Below, piece by piece: positions 21,989 through 33,433 of a DNA stretch of 64,000 nt. The notes under the pieces were generated by a model. That model did no database searches and was not told where the DNA came from. It saw only the letters and a program-made list of their open reading frames with translations. The first letter of the stretch is position 1, and each line of letters opens with the position of its first letter. Position numbers and translations under genes: made by a program. Origin of the DNA: an uncultured Planctomycetaceae bacterium (GTDB taxonomy: Bacteria > Planctomycetota > Planctomycetia > Pirellulales > PALSA-1355); assembly GCA_963828155.1 (NCBI GenBank), contig CAWHDQ010000014.1, forward strand, positions 225,089-289,088, read 5' to 3'.

Positions 21989-22410
21989 AGAGTCCATATC
22001 GCTGGTTTCGGTTCAGCTTGCGGACTGCGCTTGTCGGCTTCACGGTCCTAGCGATCTCGCTCGGCTGGCTGGCACGCGAGGTCCGGCGGGTTCACGAGCG
22101 GCGCCGTTTGTTCAGCGACGTACAAGATGCGCTTTGGGAGGTGGGAACCGTGCATGCGTACGGTGTTTCAAAACACGGGTTCACCGGCCTCTCCTCGTGG
22201 CGGAAGTGGCTGAGGGATGTCCCCAGACCCGCCATAGTAATGCCCTGGCCGGCATCTGATCCGCGCTACGAGGAAGTGCGCCGCCTATTCCCGGAGAGCA
22301 GGCTCTATTCGCACCAGCCGGCTGCTCGGGAACCCGCGGTGCAGATCGAGTATGCAGACGCGGACGAGCCGAGCGACGACTCGCCCGCGAGCGACGCCGA
22401 TTGTTCCTAG
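21985..22410 (+). CDS. Hypothetical protein with planctomycete-type 'RFSLRT' N-terminal anchor
   Basis: [28 protein letters not shown] followed by an Arg-rich helix. Confidence 0.65.
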   Translation: MKSPYRWFRFSLRTALVGFTVLAISLGWLAREVRRVHERRRLFSDVQDALWEVGTVHAYGVSKHGFTGLSSWRKWLRDVPRPAIVMPWPASDPRYEEVRRLFPESRLYSHQPAAREPAVQIEYADADEPSDDSPASDADCS

Positions 22411-22666
22411 CAGAATGCGAGGCATTTCGGCTCACTGATGTCGTGTTTGCCGACGCCCCGTGGCTGTCCTTGCGCTTTTTGCCGCGTTCAGGCGGCCGTC
22501 TCGATCCGTGATAGGCTGGACCATCGCGCGCGTCGGGCGCTGCGCATGTGAACACCGCCGGTCTTCCGCGATTGCGGAATACTGCTCGCGCTGCCAACAT
22601 GGAGCCCGTTGGGGCAGGCCCCACGTTGTTGCGACGCGCCGTTTCGATGCGGGCTGACAAAAACTC

Positions 22667-24268
22667 ATGACCACCTCCGGCAGCACTGCCAAGAGCCCGA
22701 GCGCCGCGGCCAGCGACATCTGCCGGCTCACGGCCGGCGAGATCGCCGAGCGGGTGCGGACGGGACAGTTGTCGGCCGAGCAAGTGGTCGAAGCCCATAT
22801 CGCGCGGATCGAGCAAGTCGACGGCCGGCTCAATGCGGTGGTGATTCCGCTGTTCGACCGGGCTCGGCGCGAGGCGGCCGAGATTGATCGCCGCCGGGCC
22901 CAGGGCGAAACGCTGGGCATCCTGGCCGGCGTGCCGGTGACGATCAAGGAATGCTTCCACGTCGCCGGCACGCAGGCCACGATCGGCATCGAGCGGTTCA
23001 TCGGTCAGTTGGCCGACGAGGACAGCCCGCTCGTGCGGCGCTGGCAGCGTGCCGGGGCGATCGTGCTGGGCAAGACCAACGTGCCGCAGCTCATGATCCT
23101 GCACGAAACCGACAACCCGGTGTACGGCCGGACCAACAATCCCTGGAACTTGGAGCGCTCGCCGGGTGGCTCGAGTGGCGGCGAAGCGGCAATCGTCGCG
23201 GCGGGCGGCTCGGCCCTGGGGCTGGCGAGCGACTTGGGGGGCAGCATCCGGCAGCCGGCCCACAGCAGCGGCATCTGCGGCTTGCTGCCGACGATGGGCC
23301 GGATCGAAATCAGCGGCAAGCGCGGCAATTTTGCCGGGATGGAAGCGCTTAGCCTGCAGCCGGGCCCATTGGCCCGCTCGGTCGAAGATTTGGAACTGGG
23401 CTTTCGTGCGCTCTGCGACGTGGGCGAGGAGAGCGAGAACTCGCGGATCGCGCCGCTGGCGTTCGCCGCCGGTCCGCCGGTCGACGTGGCCCGGCTGCGG
23501 ATCGGCCTCTTGCCGGACGATCATTTTTTCCGACCCGCGCCCGCGTTGCGGCGAGCGGTGGACGAAGCCGGCAAAGTGCTCGCGGCGGCCGGGGCCCGGG
23601 TCGAAGCGTTCGACTTTCCGGATATGGCGGCCGCGGTGCGGCTGTACTTCGGGCTGATCAGCGCCGACGGCGCGGCGAATCTGGCACGCACGCTGGGCAC
23701 GAGCCCGGCCGATTGGCGGATCCGCCGGCTGCTAAGGATTGCCGCGCTACCCGGCTGGTTGCGGGCTGGCGTGATCGCGATCTTGAACGCGACCGGCCAG
23801 CGGGGCCTCGCGCAATTGGTCGGCTGGAGCGGTGCCGTTTGGGCCGATCGCTATTGGCAGACGACCGAAGCCCGCAGCGCATTCACGCGCAAGTTCGTCG
23901 AGCGCCTGGACGCGGCCCGGCTCGACGCGCTGCTGCTGCCGCCGCACGCCCTGCCGGCGCTCACGCACGGCAGCACGATGCACCTGCCCGCCTCGGCCAG
24001 TTATGCGTTTCTGGCCAATCTACTGGGCCTTCCGGCCGGCGTGGTGCCGGTCACGCGGGTCCGGCCGGACGAAGAGAGCGATCGGCCGGCCAGCCGCGAC
24101 GTTGTGCAACGAGCCGCCAGCGAAGTTGAATCCAGTAGCGCGGGTTTGCCGGTCGGCGTGCAGGTCATCGGTCGCCACTGGCGCGAGGACGTGGTGCTGG
24201 CCGTGATGCGGACGCTGGAAGCGGGCCTGCGTTCGCGGTCCGATTATCCCCGCGACCCGCCGGTGTGA
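22667..24268 (+). CDS. Amidase signature family (fatty-acid amide hydrolase-like)
   Basis: 'GVPVTIKE', 'GKTNVPQ', 'SPGGSSGGEAA', 'SDLGGSIRQPA' (Lys-Ser-Ser triad motifs). Confidence 0.92.
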   Translation: MTTSGSTAKSPSAAASDICRLTAGEIAERVRTGQLSAEQVVEAHIARIEQVDGRLNAVVIPLFDRARREAAEIDRRRAQGETLGILAGVPVTIKECFHVAGTQATIGIERFIGQLADEDSPLVRRWQRAGAIVLGKTNVPQLMILHETDNPVYGRTNNPWNLERSPGGSSGGEAAIVAAGGSALGLASDLGGSIRQPAHSSGICGLLPTMGRIEISGKRGNFAGMEALSLQPGPLARSVEDLELGFRALCDVGEESENSRIAPLAFAAGPPVDVARLRIGLLPDDHFFRPAPALRRAVDEAGKVLAAAGARVEAFDFPDMAAAVRLYFGLISADGAANLARTLGTSPADWRIRRLLRIAALPGWLRAGVIAILNATGQRGLAQLVGWSGAVWADRYWQTTEARSAFTRKFVERLDAARLDALLLPPHALPALTHGSTMHLPASASYAFLANLLGLPAGVVPVTRVRPDEESDRPASRDVVQRAASEVESSSAGLPVGVQVIGRHWREDVVLAVMRTLEAGLRSRSDYPRDPPV

Positions 24269-24308
24269 CGCGCGCCGCCCCGCGGACACGCGCATCGAGT
24301 ACACCTAT

Positions 24309-24553
24309 GCGGCCCAAGGGGCCGCGGGAATCCAGCCCAGGGTTGGGCGGTTCCTCCGCCCCACCCTGGGTACGAGAACCGGGAAAACATTCCGGCCCTG
24401 AAAGGGGCCGCGGCGCCCTCGGGGCGAGGTGGAAATCCGATCGACGCTGCGATTCCGTTGGCCCTACAGGCCAATCCGGATTCTGAGGCGGTTAAGGTAC
24501 CCAGGGTCTGCGCTGCGCTGACCCTGGGCTGGTTTCCTGTGGCCCTTCGGGCC
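24309..24553. repeat. REP/MITE-like palindromic element with ~33-bp imperfect terminal inverted repeats
   Basis: Left ggcccaaggggccgcgggaatccagcccagggt vs reverse complement of right end ggcccgaagggccacaggaaaccagcccagggt; internal gccctgaaagggg hairpin. Confidence 0.7.
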
Positions 24554-24624
24554 AAGCGATTCCATCGTCAACCCGATTCATTGCGGCGGAATGGAACCAT
24601 TCCGGTGCGAAACAAAACCCGGCC

Positions 24625-25350
24625 TCACAGCGGCCAGGCTCGGCCGATGCGCTTGCGCTGCTGCTTGTGCAATTGATTGATGCCGCGGCGGGCGAGCTTG
24701 AGCATGGCGGCCAGTTGCTGCTCGCTGAAGGTGGCCTCTTCGCCGGTGCCTTGGACTTCGACGAACTGGCTGCGGCCGGTCATCACCACATTCATATCGA
24801 CGCTGGCCTCGACGTCTTCGGCGTAGTCCAGATCAAGCACCGGCCGGCCGTCGACGATGCCCACGCTGACCGCGGCCACGCTGTCGCGCAAGGGCCGGCG
24901 ACCTTGCGTCTCCGAATCGGGCAGCGTCCGCAGCGCATCGACCAGGGCCACGAACGCGCCCGTGATGCTCGCGGTCCGGGTGCCGCCGTCGGCTTCGATC
25001 ACGTCGCAATCGATGGCGATCGTCCGCTCGCCGATGGCCGACAGGTCGATGATTGCCCGCAGGCTGCGGCCGATCAGCCGCTGGATTTCCATCGTCCGGC
25101 CGTCGACCTTGCCCACGTCGCGGCGCTTGCGGGGCCGGGTGCTGCCGGGCAGCATGCCGTACTCGGCCGTGACCCAGCCGGTCCCTTTGCCGGCCATCCA
25201 GGCGGGCACCTGCTCCTCGACGCTGGCGGTGCACAGCACCCGGGTCGCGCCGGCTTCGATCAGCACGCTGCCGGGCGCGACGCGGGTGAAGCGGCGCTTG
25301 ATCTTGAGCGGTCGCAGTTCGTCGTCGGACCGCTGATCGTGACGTGGCAT
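24625..25350 (-). CDS. rph: Ribonuclease PH
   Basis: '[14 protein letters not shown]', '[12 protein letters not shown]', '[12 protein letters not shown]', 'DMNVVMT', 'EVQGTGE'. Confidence 0.96.
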   Translation of the reverse strand: MPRHDQRSDDELRPLKIKRRFTRVAPGSVLIEAGATRVLCTASVEEQVPAWMAGKGTGWVTAEYGMLPGSTRPRKRRDVGKVDGRTMEIQRLIGRSLRAIIDLSAIGERTIAIDCDVIEADGGTRTASITGAFVALVDALRTLPDSETQGRRPLRDSVAAVSVGIVDGRPVLDLDYAEDVEASVDMNVVMTGRSQFVEVQGTGEEATFSEQQLAAMLKLARRGINQLHKQQRKRIGRAWPL

Positions 25351-25406
25351 GGCGGCAGGTTCCAAAGTCTGGGGGTCGATGGACGCACGAAGAATCCGGC
25401 AATGGG

Positions 25407-25712
25407 TCAGTTTGAAATCTCAGGTTTGAGCCCGTGTTTGCGTGCCCACTCGTCATTCCAGCCGTAGATTTTCACGTGCCACACTGGGGTCTTTTCGTTT
25501 TGCTGACCTTGGAGCTTTGTTTGCGTAAGTTGTCCATCGCCCGCCTTCGACGCAAAAAGATGCGTGTGGGGGCAATCGTCTTCCAGCAATCGCTGGCGGA
25601 GCCGTTCGAGCTCCGTGATGAGGTGCTCGATGCCGTTCAGGTCAGCGTGTACGGCGACGTATTGACCCGATTCGTCCGTTACGAAGCTCAGTAGATAGTC
25701 AGCTCTCGGCAT
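25407..25712 (-). CDS. Imm32-like immunity protein (orphan)
   Basis: '[15 protein letters not shown]', 'HTHLF', 'HVKIYGW' resemble the Imm32 family from memory; visibly lower GC than neighbours. Confidence 0.55.
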   Translation of the reverse strand: MPRADYLLSFVTDESGQYVAVHADLNGIEHLITELERLRQRLLEDDCPHTHLFASKAGDGQLTQTKLQGQQNEKTPVWHVKIYGWNDEWARKHGLKPEISN

Positions 25713-25822
25713 CTGGCGACCATCCTGCACGTGTGGGAACTCGTCGAACTATTGTCCACCGCGTGCGATCGTTAAGAATCCTGAACGCCAAACTGGCACA
25801 CTACGAAAAACCTCGCCGACTG

Positions 25823-26734
25823 CTACCGCAGAATCCAGGCCAGGATGCCCTTTTGCACGTGCAGCCGGTTGGCGGCCTGCTGCACGACCACGCTTTGTGG
25901 TCCGTCGATGACTTCGTCGGTGACTTCCTCGCCCCGATGGGCCGGCAGACAGTGCAGGAAGACGGCGTCGCGCGGGGCGTGCTGCATCAGGGCCGTGTTC
26001 ACCTGGTAACGGGCGAACACCCGCTTGCGATCCGACATTTCCGACTCCTGCCCCATGCTCGTCCAGACGTCGGTATACACGGCGCTGGCTTCGCTCACCG
26101 CTTCCAGCGGGTCGTCGGTCACGGTCAGGTCCAGTTCGGGCACTTCGCGGGACAGGTGGTCCTGGAACTTCTTCGAGAAGCGATAGCCGTCGGGCGTGGC
26201 CATGGCGAATCGCACGCCGACTTTGCCACAGCCTTCGGCCAGGCTGCGGGCCACATTGTTTCCGTCGCCCACGTAGGCCAGCGTGCGCCCCTTGAGCCGG
26301 CCGAAGATTTCCTTGAGCGTGTACAGGTCCGCCAGCGCCTGGCAGGGATGGGCTTCGTCGGTCAGGCCGTTGATGACCGGGCAGGTGGAGTATTTGGCCA
26401 GTTCGGTCACTTTGTGATGGTGGAACGCGCGGACCACGATCAGGTCGACGTACTGACTGAGCACCCGGGCAAAATCGGCCATGCTCTCGCGGGCGCCAAA
26501 GCCGACGTCGTTGCCCAGAAACAGGCTGGTGCCGCCGAGGTGGCTCATGCCGGCCTCGAAGCTGACCCGGGTCCGCAGCGACGGCTTTTCGAAAAGCAGC
26601 GCCATCACGCGGCCGGGCAGCAGCGGCTCGCGGAGGCCCTGCGCGTATTTGGTCTTCAGGTCTTCGGTGATCGCGAAGATGCGGTCGATTTCGACCGCCG
26701 ACAGATCGGCGACATTCAGCAGACTTCGAGTCAC
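25823..26734 (-). CDS. argF: Ornithine carbamoyltransferase
   Basis: '[13 protein letters not shown]', 'HPCQALAD', 'DVWTSMGQE', '[10 protein letters not shown]'. Confidence 0.96.
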   Translation of the reverse strand: MTRSLLNVADLSAVEIDRIFAITEDLKTKYAQGLREPLLPGRVMALLFEKPSLRTRVSFEAGMSHLGGTSLFLGNDVGFGARESMADFARVLSQYVDLIVVRAFHHHKVTELAKYSTCPVINGLTDEAHPCQALADLYTLKEIFGRLKGRTLAYVGDGNNVARSLAEGCGKVGVRFAMATPDGYRFSKKFQDHLSREVPELDLTVTDDPLEAVSEASAVYTDVWTSMGQESEMSDRKRVFARYQVNTALMQHAPRDAVFLHCLPAHRGEEVTDEVIDGPQSVVVQQAANRLHVQKGILAWILR

Positions 26735-26740
26735 GGCAGC

Positions 26741-27944
26741 TCAACCAATCTGCTGTTTGATCGCTTCGGCCAGGATGTCGCAGCCGGCGTGCAACTGCTC
26801 GTCGCTGAGGTTCATCGCCGGCAGCAATCGAATGACGGTGCCGTGGGTGCAATTGACGAGCAAACCTTTTTCCAAGCAGGTTTGCACGACGCCGTCTCCC
26901 TCGATCGACAATTCCAGGCCGATCATCAGGCCGACGATTCGCACCTCGCGAATGATCTCGCACGATTTCTGCAAGGCTTCGAGCCGCTGGCGGAACAGGT
27001 CGCCGAGGTGCTTGGCCCGGTCGAGCAGGTTTTCGTTGTCGATCATCTCCAGCGCCGCGATGCCGGCCCGGGCGGCGATCGGGTTGCCGCCGAACGTGGC
27101 CGCGTGCATGCCCGGCCGCAAGCTGGGGGCGATCTCGGCCGTGGTCATGAGCGCGCCGCCGGCGATGCCGCCGCACAGGGCCTTGGCGAGCGTCATCACG
27201 TCGGGCGTGACGCCGTAATGTTGATAAGCGAACCACTCGCCGGTCCGGCCGCAGCCGGTCTGAACTTCGTCGAACATCAGCAAGATGCCCTCGGCGGTGG
27301 CGATCTCCCGCAGGCCTTGCAGGAAGCCGGCCGGCGGAATGACCACGCCCCCCTCGCCCTGGATCGGCTCGATCATGATCGCGGCCGTCTCGTTGTCGAC
27401 CAGCCGGCGGACGGCGTCGAGATCTCCATACGGGGCGTAGACGAAGCCGGCCATCAAGGGCCCGAGGCCGGCGTGGTACTTGGGCTGGGCCGTCGCGGCG
27501 GTGGCACCGAGCGTGCGGCCGTGAAAGCCTCCCTCGAACGTGATGATCTTGTAGCGCCTCCTTGGGCGTGTGCAGCCGGGCCAGCTTGATCGCGGCTTCG
27601 TTGGCCTCGGTGCCCGAGTTGCAGAAGAACGCCTGGCCGCCGAAGCTCCGCTCGGAGAGCGCCTTGGCCCAGAGGCCCTGGGCCTCGGTGTGCCAGGTGT
27701 TGGGCACGTGGATCAGGGTGGCGACTTGCTCCTGGACGGCTTTGACGACCGGCTCGGGGCAATGGCCAAGCAGGTTGCAGCCCCAGCCGGGAAAGAAGTC
27801 GAGATACCGCTTGCCGGCGCTATCCCAGACGTACGAGCCCTCGCCCCGCTCGAGCACGATCGGGTAGCGGCGATAGTTGGGTACCACGTACCGCTTGAAC
27901 AGATCGAGCGTTTCGCTGGTTTTTTTCGCTTCGGCAATGGCCAT
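26741..27944 (-). CDS. argD: Acetylornithine aminotransferase (frameshift ~27555)
   Basis: '[15 protein letters not shown]', 'EPIQGEGG', 'FDEVQTG', 'TLAKAL', 'HAATFGGNP'; flanked by argB and argF. Confidence 0.9.
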
Positions 27945-28086
27945 GATCGTTTCCTCCGGACAAGCGGAAAGGCGGGCAGACGCTGCGGCAAGTTCGGCCG
28001 CCGCAGCTGGCCGCAGAATGCCTCGTTCTCGCGGCCGCTCCGGGCGGCGGCGGCCGGCATCGGCACAGGGCTCGGCCGCCGGCCGC

Positions 28087-28977
28087 TCAGGCCGGCAATT
28101 CCTTGATGATTTCGGTGCCGACACCCTTGGTCGTGTAAATCTCCAGCAGCAGCGAGTGGCGATGCCTGCCATCGATGATGTGGATCTTGCGGACGCCCTT
28201 GTCGAGCATTTCCAGGCAGGCCTCGACCTTGGGGATCATGCCTTTGTCGATCGCGCCGGTGCGGATCAGTTCGCGAGCTTTGTCCGCGGTGAGCGAGTTG
28301 ATCAGCGAGTCGGGCTGGTCCTTGTGCTCGCGGACTCCGTTCACGTCGCTCAGAAAGATCAGCTTCTCGGCGCCCGGCGCCAGCGCGACGGCCTGGGCGG
28401 CCGTATCGGCATTGACGTTGAGCTTCTCCCCTTTTTCGCTGCGGCACATCGAGGGAATGACCGGCACGATTCCGGCAAAGCACAAGTTGTCGATCGTGCT
28501 GCGGTCGACTCGGGTGACGCGGCCGACGTGTCCCAGGTCGATCGGACCTCCGGCATCGTCGGCCCACTTGAGCCGTTCGCCCCAAAGGACGTTGGTCGTG
28601 CGGAAGTTGAGCGGGGCGGCCCGGCCGCCGAATTGCTCGATGCGGTCGGCGATGTGCTCGTTGGTTTCGTAGCCCAGCACGCGCTCGACGATTTCGAGCG
28701 TGGCGTCGTCGGTCACGCGGCGGCCCTGGATGAAATTGGGCTGCAGGCCCGCGGCGTCCATCGCCCGGCTGATCGCCGCTCCGCCGCCGTGTACGACCAC
28801 GGGCCGCATGCCCACGGTCTCCATGAACACGATGTCGACCAGCAAGTGCCGCAGCGCGTTCTGGTCCTCGAGCACGCTGCCGCCAAGCTTGATGACCGTG
28901 ACCTTGTCGCGGAACTGGCGGATCCAGCCCAGGGCTTCGATCAGGACGTCGGCTTTTTGAGTGGGAGTGAGATACAC
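28087..28977 (-). CDS. argB: Acetylglutamate kinase
   Basis: 'VIKLGGS', 'VHGGG', 'NVNADTAA', 'GMIPKV', 'IIDGR'. Confidence 0.95.
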   Translation of the reverse strand: MYLTPTQKADVLIEALGWIRQFRDKVTVIKLGGSVLEDQNALRHLLVDIVFMETVGMRPVVVHGGGAAISRAMDAAGLQPNFIQGRRVTDDATLEIVERVLGYETNEHIADRIEQFGGRAAPLNFRTTNVLWGERLKWADDAGGPIDLGHVGRVTRVDRSTIDNLCFAGIVPVIPSMCRSEKGEKLNVNADTAAQAVALAPGAEKLIFLSDVNGVREHKDQPDSLINSLTADKARELIRTGAIDKGMIPKVEACLEMLDKGVRKIHIIDGRHRHSLLLEIYTTKGVGTEIIKELPA

Positions 28978-29031
28978 GTTGTAGGGCGCCGAAGTCCCGC
29001 ACAGCCCGAGCAAATCTGGCAGAAACCCGCC

Positions 29032-29060
29032 ATTTTACGGCCACCGCGGCGGGGTGTCAA
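29032..29060 (-). promoter_or_regulatory. Sigma70-type promoter of argBDF
   Basis: Minus strand TTGACA-17 bp-TAAAAT, ~55 bp upstream of the argB start. Confidence 0.7.
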
Positions 29061-29170
29061 CGGACCGGCCCCGGCCGGCAGGCGGCATGTCGTCACCGGG
29101 CTCGCCGCCGAGATCGGGTCGACATGCCGGGTCGATCGTAACGGTCGGGGGCATTTTGCCGGCCAATTGA

Positions 29171-29200
29171 TTGACACTGCCGGCAAACCGGCGATAAATT
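29171..29200 (+). promoter_or_regulatory. Sigma70-type promoter of pilM operon
   Basis: TTGACA-18 bp-TAAATT. Confidence 0.55.
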
Positions 29201-29384
29201 GAATGGTAAGAGAAGCGGCAGCCCTAGCTTAGGCACATCACGAACGCTCCCGTTCATTCGGCGAATCGGGCTGTCGGCAGGGCCGTGGAGTCGTATTCCG
29301 TGCCGGGGGGCCAGAACCCCGGCCGAGTGCGGCTTGCGCGGTACGACCTCGCGGTACGGAACAGACAATCCAAGGGAAGTTGCG

Positions 29385-31687
29385 ATGGCGAAATCGAGCG
29401 CCGTTTGGGGTATCGATATTGGGCAATGCGCCTCAGAAGCGCTCCGCTGCCGGCCCAACGAAGACTCGGGCCGGATGACGGCCGATGCCTTTGACTATAT
29501 CGAGTACCCGCAGATTCTCAGCCAGCCCGAGGCCGACCCGGTCGAACTGGTCCGCGAGGCCCTGGAACAGTTCCTGTCGCGCAATTCGGTACACGGCGAC
29601 CGAGTGGCCATCTCCGTATCGGGTCAAAGCGGTCTGGCCCGGTTCATCAAGCTGCCGCCGGTCGAATCGAAGAAGATTCCCGACATCGTCAAGTACGAGG
29701 CCCGGCAGCAGATTCCCTTCGCGCTGGAGGACGTCGTCTGGGATTACCAGCAGATGGCCGGCGGGAGCGAGGAAGAGGGCTTTTCGCTCGAAACCGAGGT
29801 CGGCTTGTTCGCGATGAAGCGCGATCAGGTCTATCGGGCCCTGCGGCCGTTCGAGGAGGCGGGCATCGCCGTCGACGTCGTCCAGCTCACGCCACTGGCG
29901 ATCTACAACTTCACCGTCTTCGATCAGATGCCCGATCTGCCGCCTTCGGACGAATACGATCCGGAGAACCCGCCGGAGTCGATGGTCGTGCTGTCGCTGG
30001 GCACCGACACGACCGACCTGGTGATTACCAACGGCTATCGGGTCTGGCAGCGGAGCGTGCCGCTGGGGGGGAGCCACTTCACCAAGGCCCTGAGCAAGGA
30101 ACTGCGGCTCACGTTTGCCAAGGCCGAGCACCTGAAACGCAATGCGATGCAGGCCGAGGATCGCGGGGCGGTCTTTCAGGCCATGCGGCCGATCTTCAGC
30201 GACTTGCTCACCGAAGTGCAGCGTTCGATCGGCTTCTTCACCAATATCGACCGCACGGCCAACATCGGCAAAGTGCTGGCGCTGGGCAACGCGATGAAGC
30301 TGCCCGGCTTGCAAAAATACCTTTCGCAGAACCTCGGCTATCCGGTGAGCGAGGTCGAATCGTATCGCGGGCTCAGCGGCTCGGCCGTGGTCGCGGCTCC
30401 GGCGTTCAAGGAGAACCTGCTCAGCTTTGCCGTCTGCTACGGCCTGTGCCTGCAAGCCCTCAACAAGAGCACGCTTTCGACCAATCTGCTGCCGCGCGAG
30501 ATCCTCACCGATCGGCTGATCCGCGACAAAAAGCCCTGGGCCGTGGGCGTGCTGGCCGCGGTCATCCTGGGCTGCTCGATCAGCTTCTTCGGACATTGGC
30601 GGGCCTGGCGCATCCGCCCAGATCGAACTGTTCAATAGTGCCATCAGCCGGGCCGACGCCGTCAAGGCCAAGGCCAAGAAGTACTCGGACGACTACACGC
30701 TCGCTCAGAAAACGTTCCAAGACACCGACCAGACGGGCAAGAACATCGTCGGCGGAGTCGAAGGCCGGCTGCTCTGGGCCGAAGTGATCAAAGCGATCGA
30801 CTGGTGCCTGCCCCACGATCCGCCGAACAAGCCCAAGCCGGCCGACATTCGGGCCCGCAACGAATTGCACATCACCGAAATCGAGTGCGAGCACCGCGCC
30901 GACCTGGCCACCTGGTATAGCGAAGTTCGCAGCCAGATCGACGAAGCCAGCCGGACCAGCGGCGGAGCCCCAGCCGTGCCGGGCGCGATTCCGCCCGCCG
31001 CCGGAGCGCCGCAGGCTCCTGGATCTCAGCCTGGCGCTCCGCCGGTTGCGCCCGCCCCCGTGACTCCTGCTCCGGCGGCCCCTGCTCCCGCGGGTCCGGC
31101 CGCGCCCGGGCCGGTCGCGCCGGGTCCGCCCGGCACCGCGCCCCGACCCGGCGCTGTTGCGGCTCCCGGTGCCCCCGGTGCGCCCGGTGCCGCAGGCGGC
31201 GAAGCGGCCGCCGGTCCGACCGGCGAAGGCTGGGTGGTCCAGCTGCGCGGCTACCACTATCACAACAAGCACCAGGGGCTCGAAGGGCGCCCAGTACGTC
31301 CGCGAACAGTTCCTCAAGAAGCTCGAAACTGAAAAGGTCGAGTTGCCGGTCGGCAAGAACCACGCGCTCGAGCTGGTGCCGATCAAGGATCTGGGCATCA
31401 GCTATCCCGTGCTCATCAATCCCAGCCAGATCGTCGACGAGCCGCTCATCGACCCGACCGTTCAGGATAACGAAGACGAGCCGGGCGCCGTTCCCAAGTC
31501 CAAGTCGGTGAACGTGCCGCGGTTCGATTTCGTGGTGCAGTTTTGTTGGCAGGAAACGCCCCCCAGCGTCCGGGCGAAGAAGAAGGCCGAGCGGACTGCT
31601 GCCGCGGCAGCGGCCGCCGCAGCGTCGGCCGCCGATCCGGGTGCTCCCGCGGCTCCGCCGGGAACCGCTCCACCGTCGGGTTCGTAG
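29385..31687 (+). CDS. pilM: Type IV pilus assembly PilM with C-terminal TM and PilN-like extension (frameshifts ~30615 and ~31290)
   Basis: 'WGIDIG', 'VAISVSG...RFIKLP', 'YEARQQIPF', 'EVQRSIGFF', 'NLLP' then TM and Pro/Ala-rich periplasmic part. Confidence 0.85.
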
Positions 31688-31795
31688 ATCGCTGAAAGTT
31701 CGTTGACCTGAAGAATCCAAACCGCCTGGCGGCAGACGTAACCGCCCCGCGGCAGTTGACCGACCCGATCCGGTTGCGACCGAAAGGCCTTCGCC

Positions 31796-33433
31796 ATGGA
31801 CAAGCTCAAAGCATTTCTGGCCGTCCTGAAAAAGCAGCACTTCTGGGTGCTTTGCGGGCTGGTGCTGATCCTGGGAATGGCCGGCTGGGCCTGGGCCACG
31901 TCGACGCTTTCGGCCCAATACAAGGCCAACCGCAATAAGATCGAAGGGACCTACAAGGACCTCGATCAGTTGCGGAGCAAGGAGCAGGAAAATACCGACA
32001 CGATCAAGGGCGTCTCGGACGAAGCTGTCAAGCTGAAGCGGATCGTCGCGACGGCCTGGGCCGATGTCTATGCCGAGCAGCGCGACCAGGTCTTGCGCTG
32101 GCCGAAGGTTCTGGGCGAGGACTTCCTGCGGATTGTGCCCCAGTTGGCACCGAACGAGGAGATTCCGGTCGACCAGCGGGAGCGCTACTGGAACTACGCC
32201 CGCTTGGAGTTTCCCCGGCTGCTCGAGATCATCGACGCCCGCAGCTACAAGGACAAGACGGACCTGGTGCCGCCCAACGATCCGGGGCGGGGTCCGCGCG
32301 GCGGCAAGGGAGGCCCGCTGGGCGGCGGTCGCCAGCGTCCGGCCGACGATCCGAATCTGCCGCCTCCGCACGATTACAAGGTTTTCTGGGACAACGCCGA
32401 CCAGCAAGCCATCGACACCCGGCTGGAATGGTCCAACACTCCCACGACGCAGGAAGTGCGGCAGACGCAGGAGGACCTGTGGGTCTATCAAGCGCTGTTG
32501 ACGATCATCAAGCACCTCAACGAGCGGGCCGACGGACACCACAACGCCAAGGTCAAGGAGATCCGCTCGCTGCTGATCGGCCGCGAGGCTGCCTTGCACT
32601 TCCAGGCCGGAATGGCCGAAGGTCGAATCGAGCATCCCGAGGCGGCGGGGCCCCCCGGAGCGCGGGCGCGCCGGAGGGCCGGCCGGCCGACAGCCGAAGA
32701 TGACGTCGCCGCAGGGACCGACGCCGGGCGCGCCTGGCCAGCCGACTAAATCGGATGAGGGCCGCTACGTCGACGACAAGGGGATGCCGCTGACGGCCGG
32801 CTCGACCGCGCCCCCCGAATTCAAGCGGATGCCGGTCTACATGCAGTTGCTCATCGATCAGCGGGAAATCGCCCGGCTGCTGGTCGAATGCGCCAATTCG
32901 CCACTGCCGATCGAAGTCCGGCAGTTCCGCGTCACCCCGGCCGATCCGAGCGTGCTCTCGTTCGCCGGCCGGCCGGCGCGGGGTCGGGCAACAATCCGGC
33001 GGCGGCGATGCTGGGCTTGAACCCGAATCGTCCCCGAGCCCGGGCGGGCGAGAATGCCGACGAGGAGCGCGACAAGAACCCGTATGACGTGGTCGTCGAG
33101 CTGTCGGGCATCATCTACATCTTCAATCCGCCCGACATGTCGAAGCTGGCCGGTGCCGAGCCGGCCGCAGCCGAGTCGGCGGAGGGCGAGACGCCGGTCA
33201 CGAGCGACGCGGCCCAACCCGGGGCGACGCCGTCCGATGCGGCCGGCGGCGACGATTCGGCCGACGAGGCGCCCGCCGCGCGCAAGACCACGCCCGCGGC
33301 CGAAGCCGGTCCGGGGGAAGATGGGGACGAACCGGCGGCCAGCGGGGCGAAAAACTCACGGGCTGCGGAAAAGCCCGCCGAGGACGATTCAATGGACGAG
33401 AAGAGCCCGGACAGTGAGGAGGCAAAGCCATGA
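31796..33433 (+). CDS. Hypothetical bitopic membrane protein in pilM operon (PilO-position; frameshifts ~32660 and ~32975)
   Basis: N-terminal TM 'HFWVLCGLVLILGMAGWAW', coiled coil, 'FKRMPVYMQL..DQREI..LLVECANSPLPIEVRQ'; acidic tail; overlaps next ATG. Confidence 0.65.

Noticed and set aside
25823-28977. argBDF as an unusual cluster
   Set aside because: Ordinary arginine biosynthesis operon
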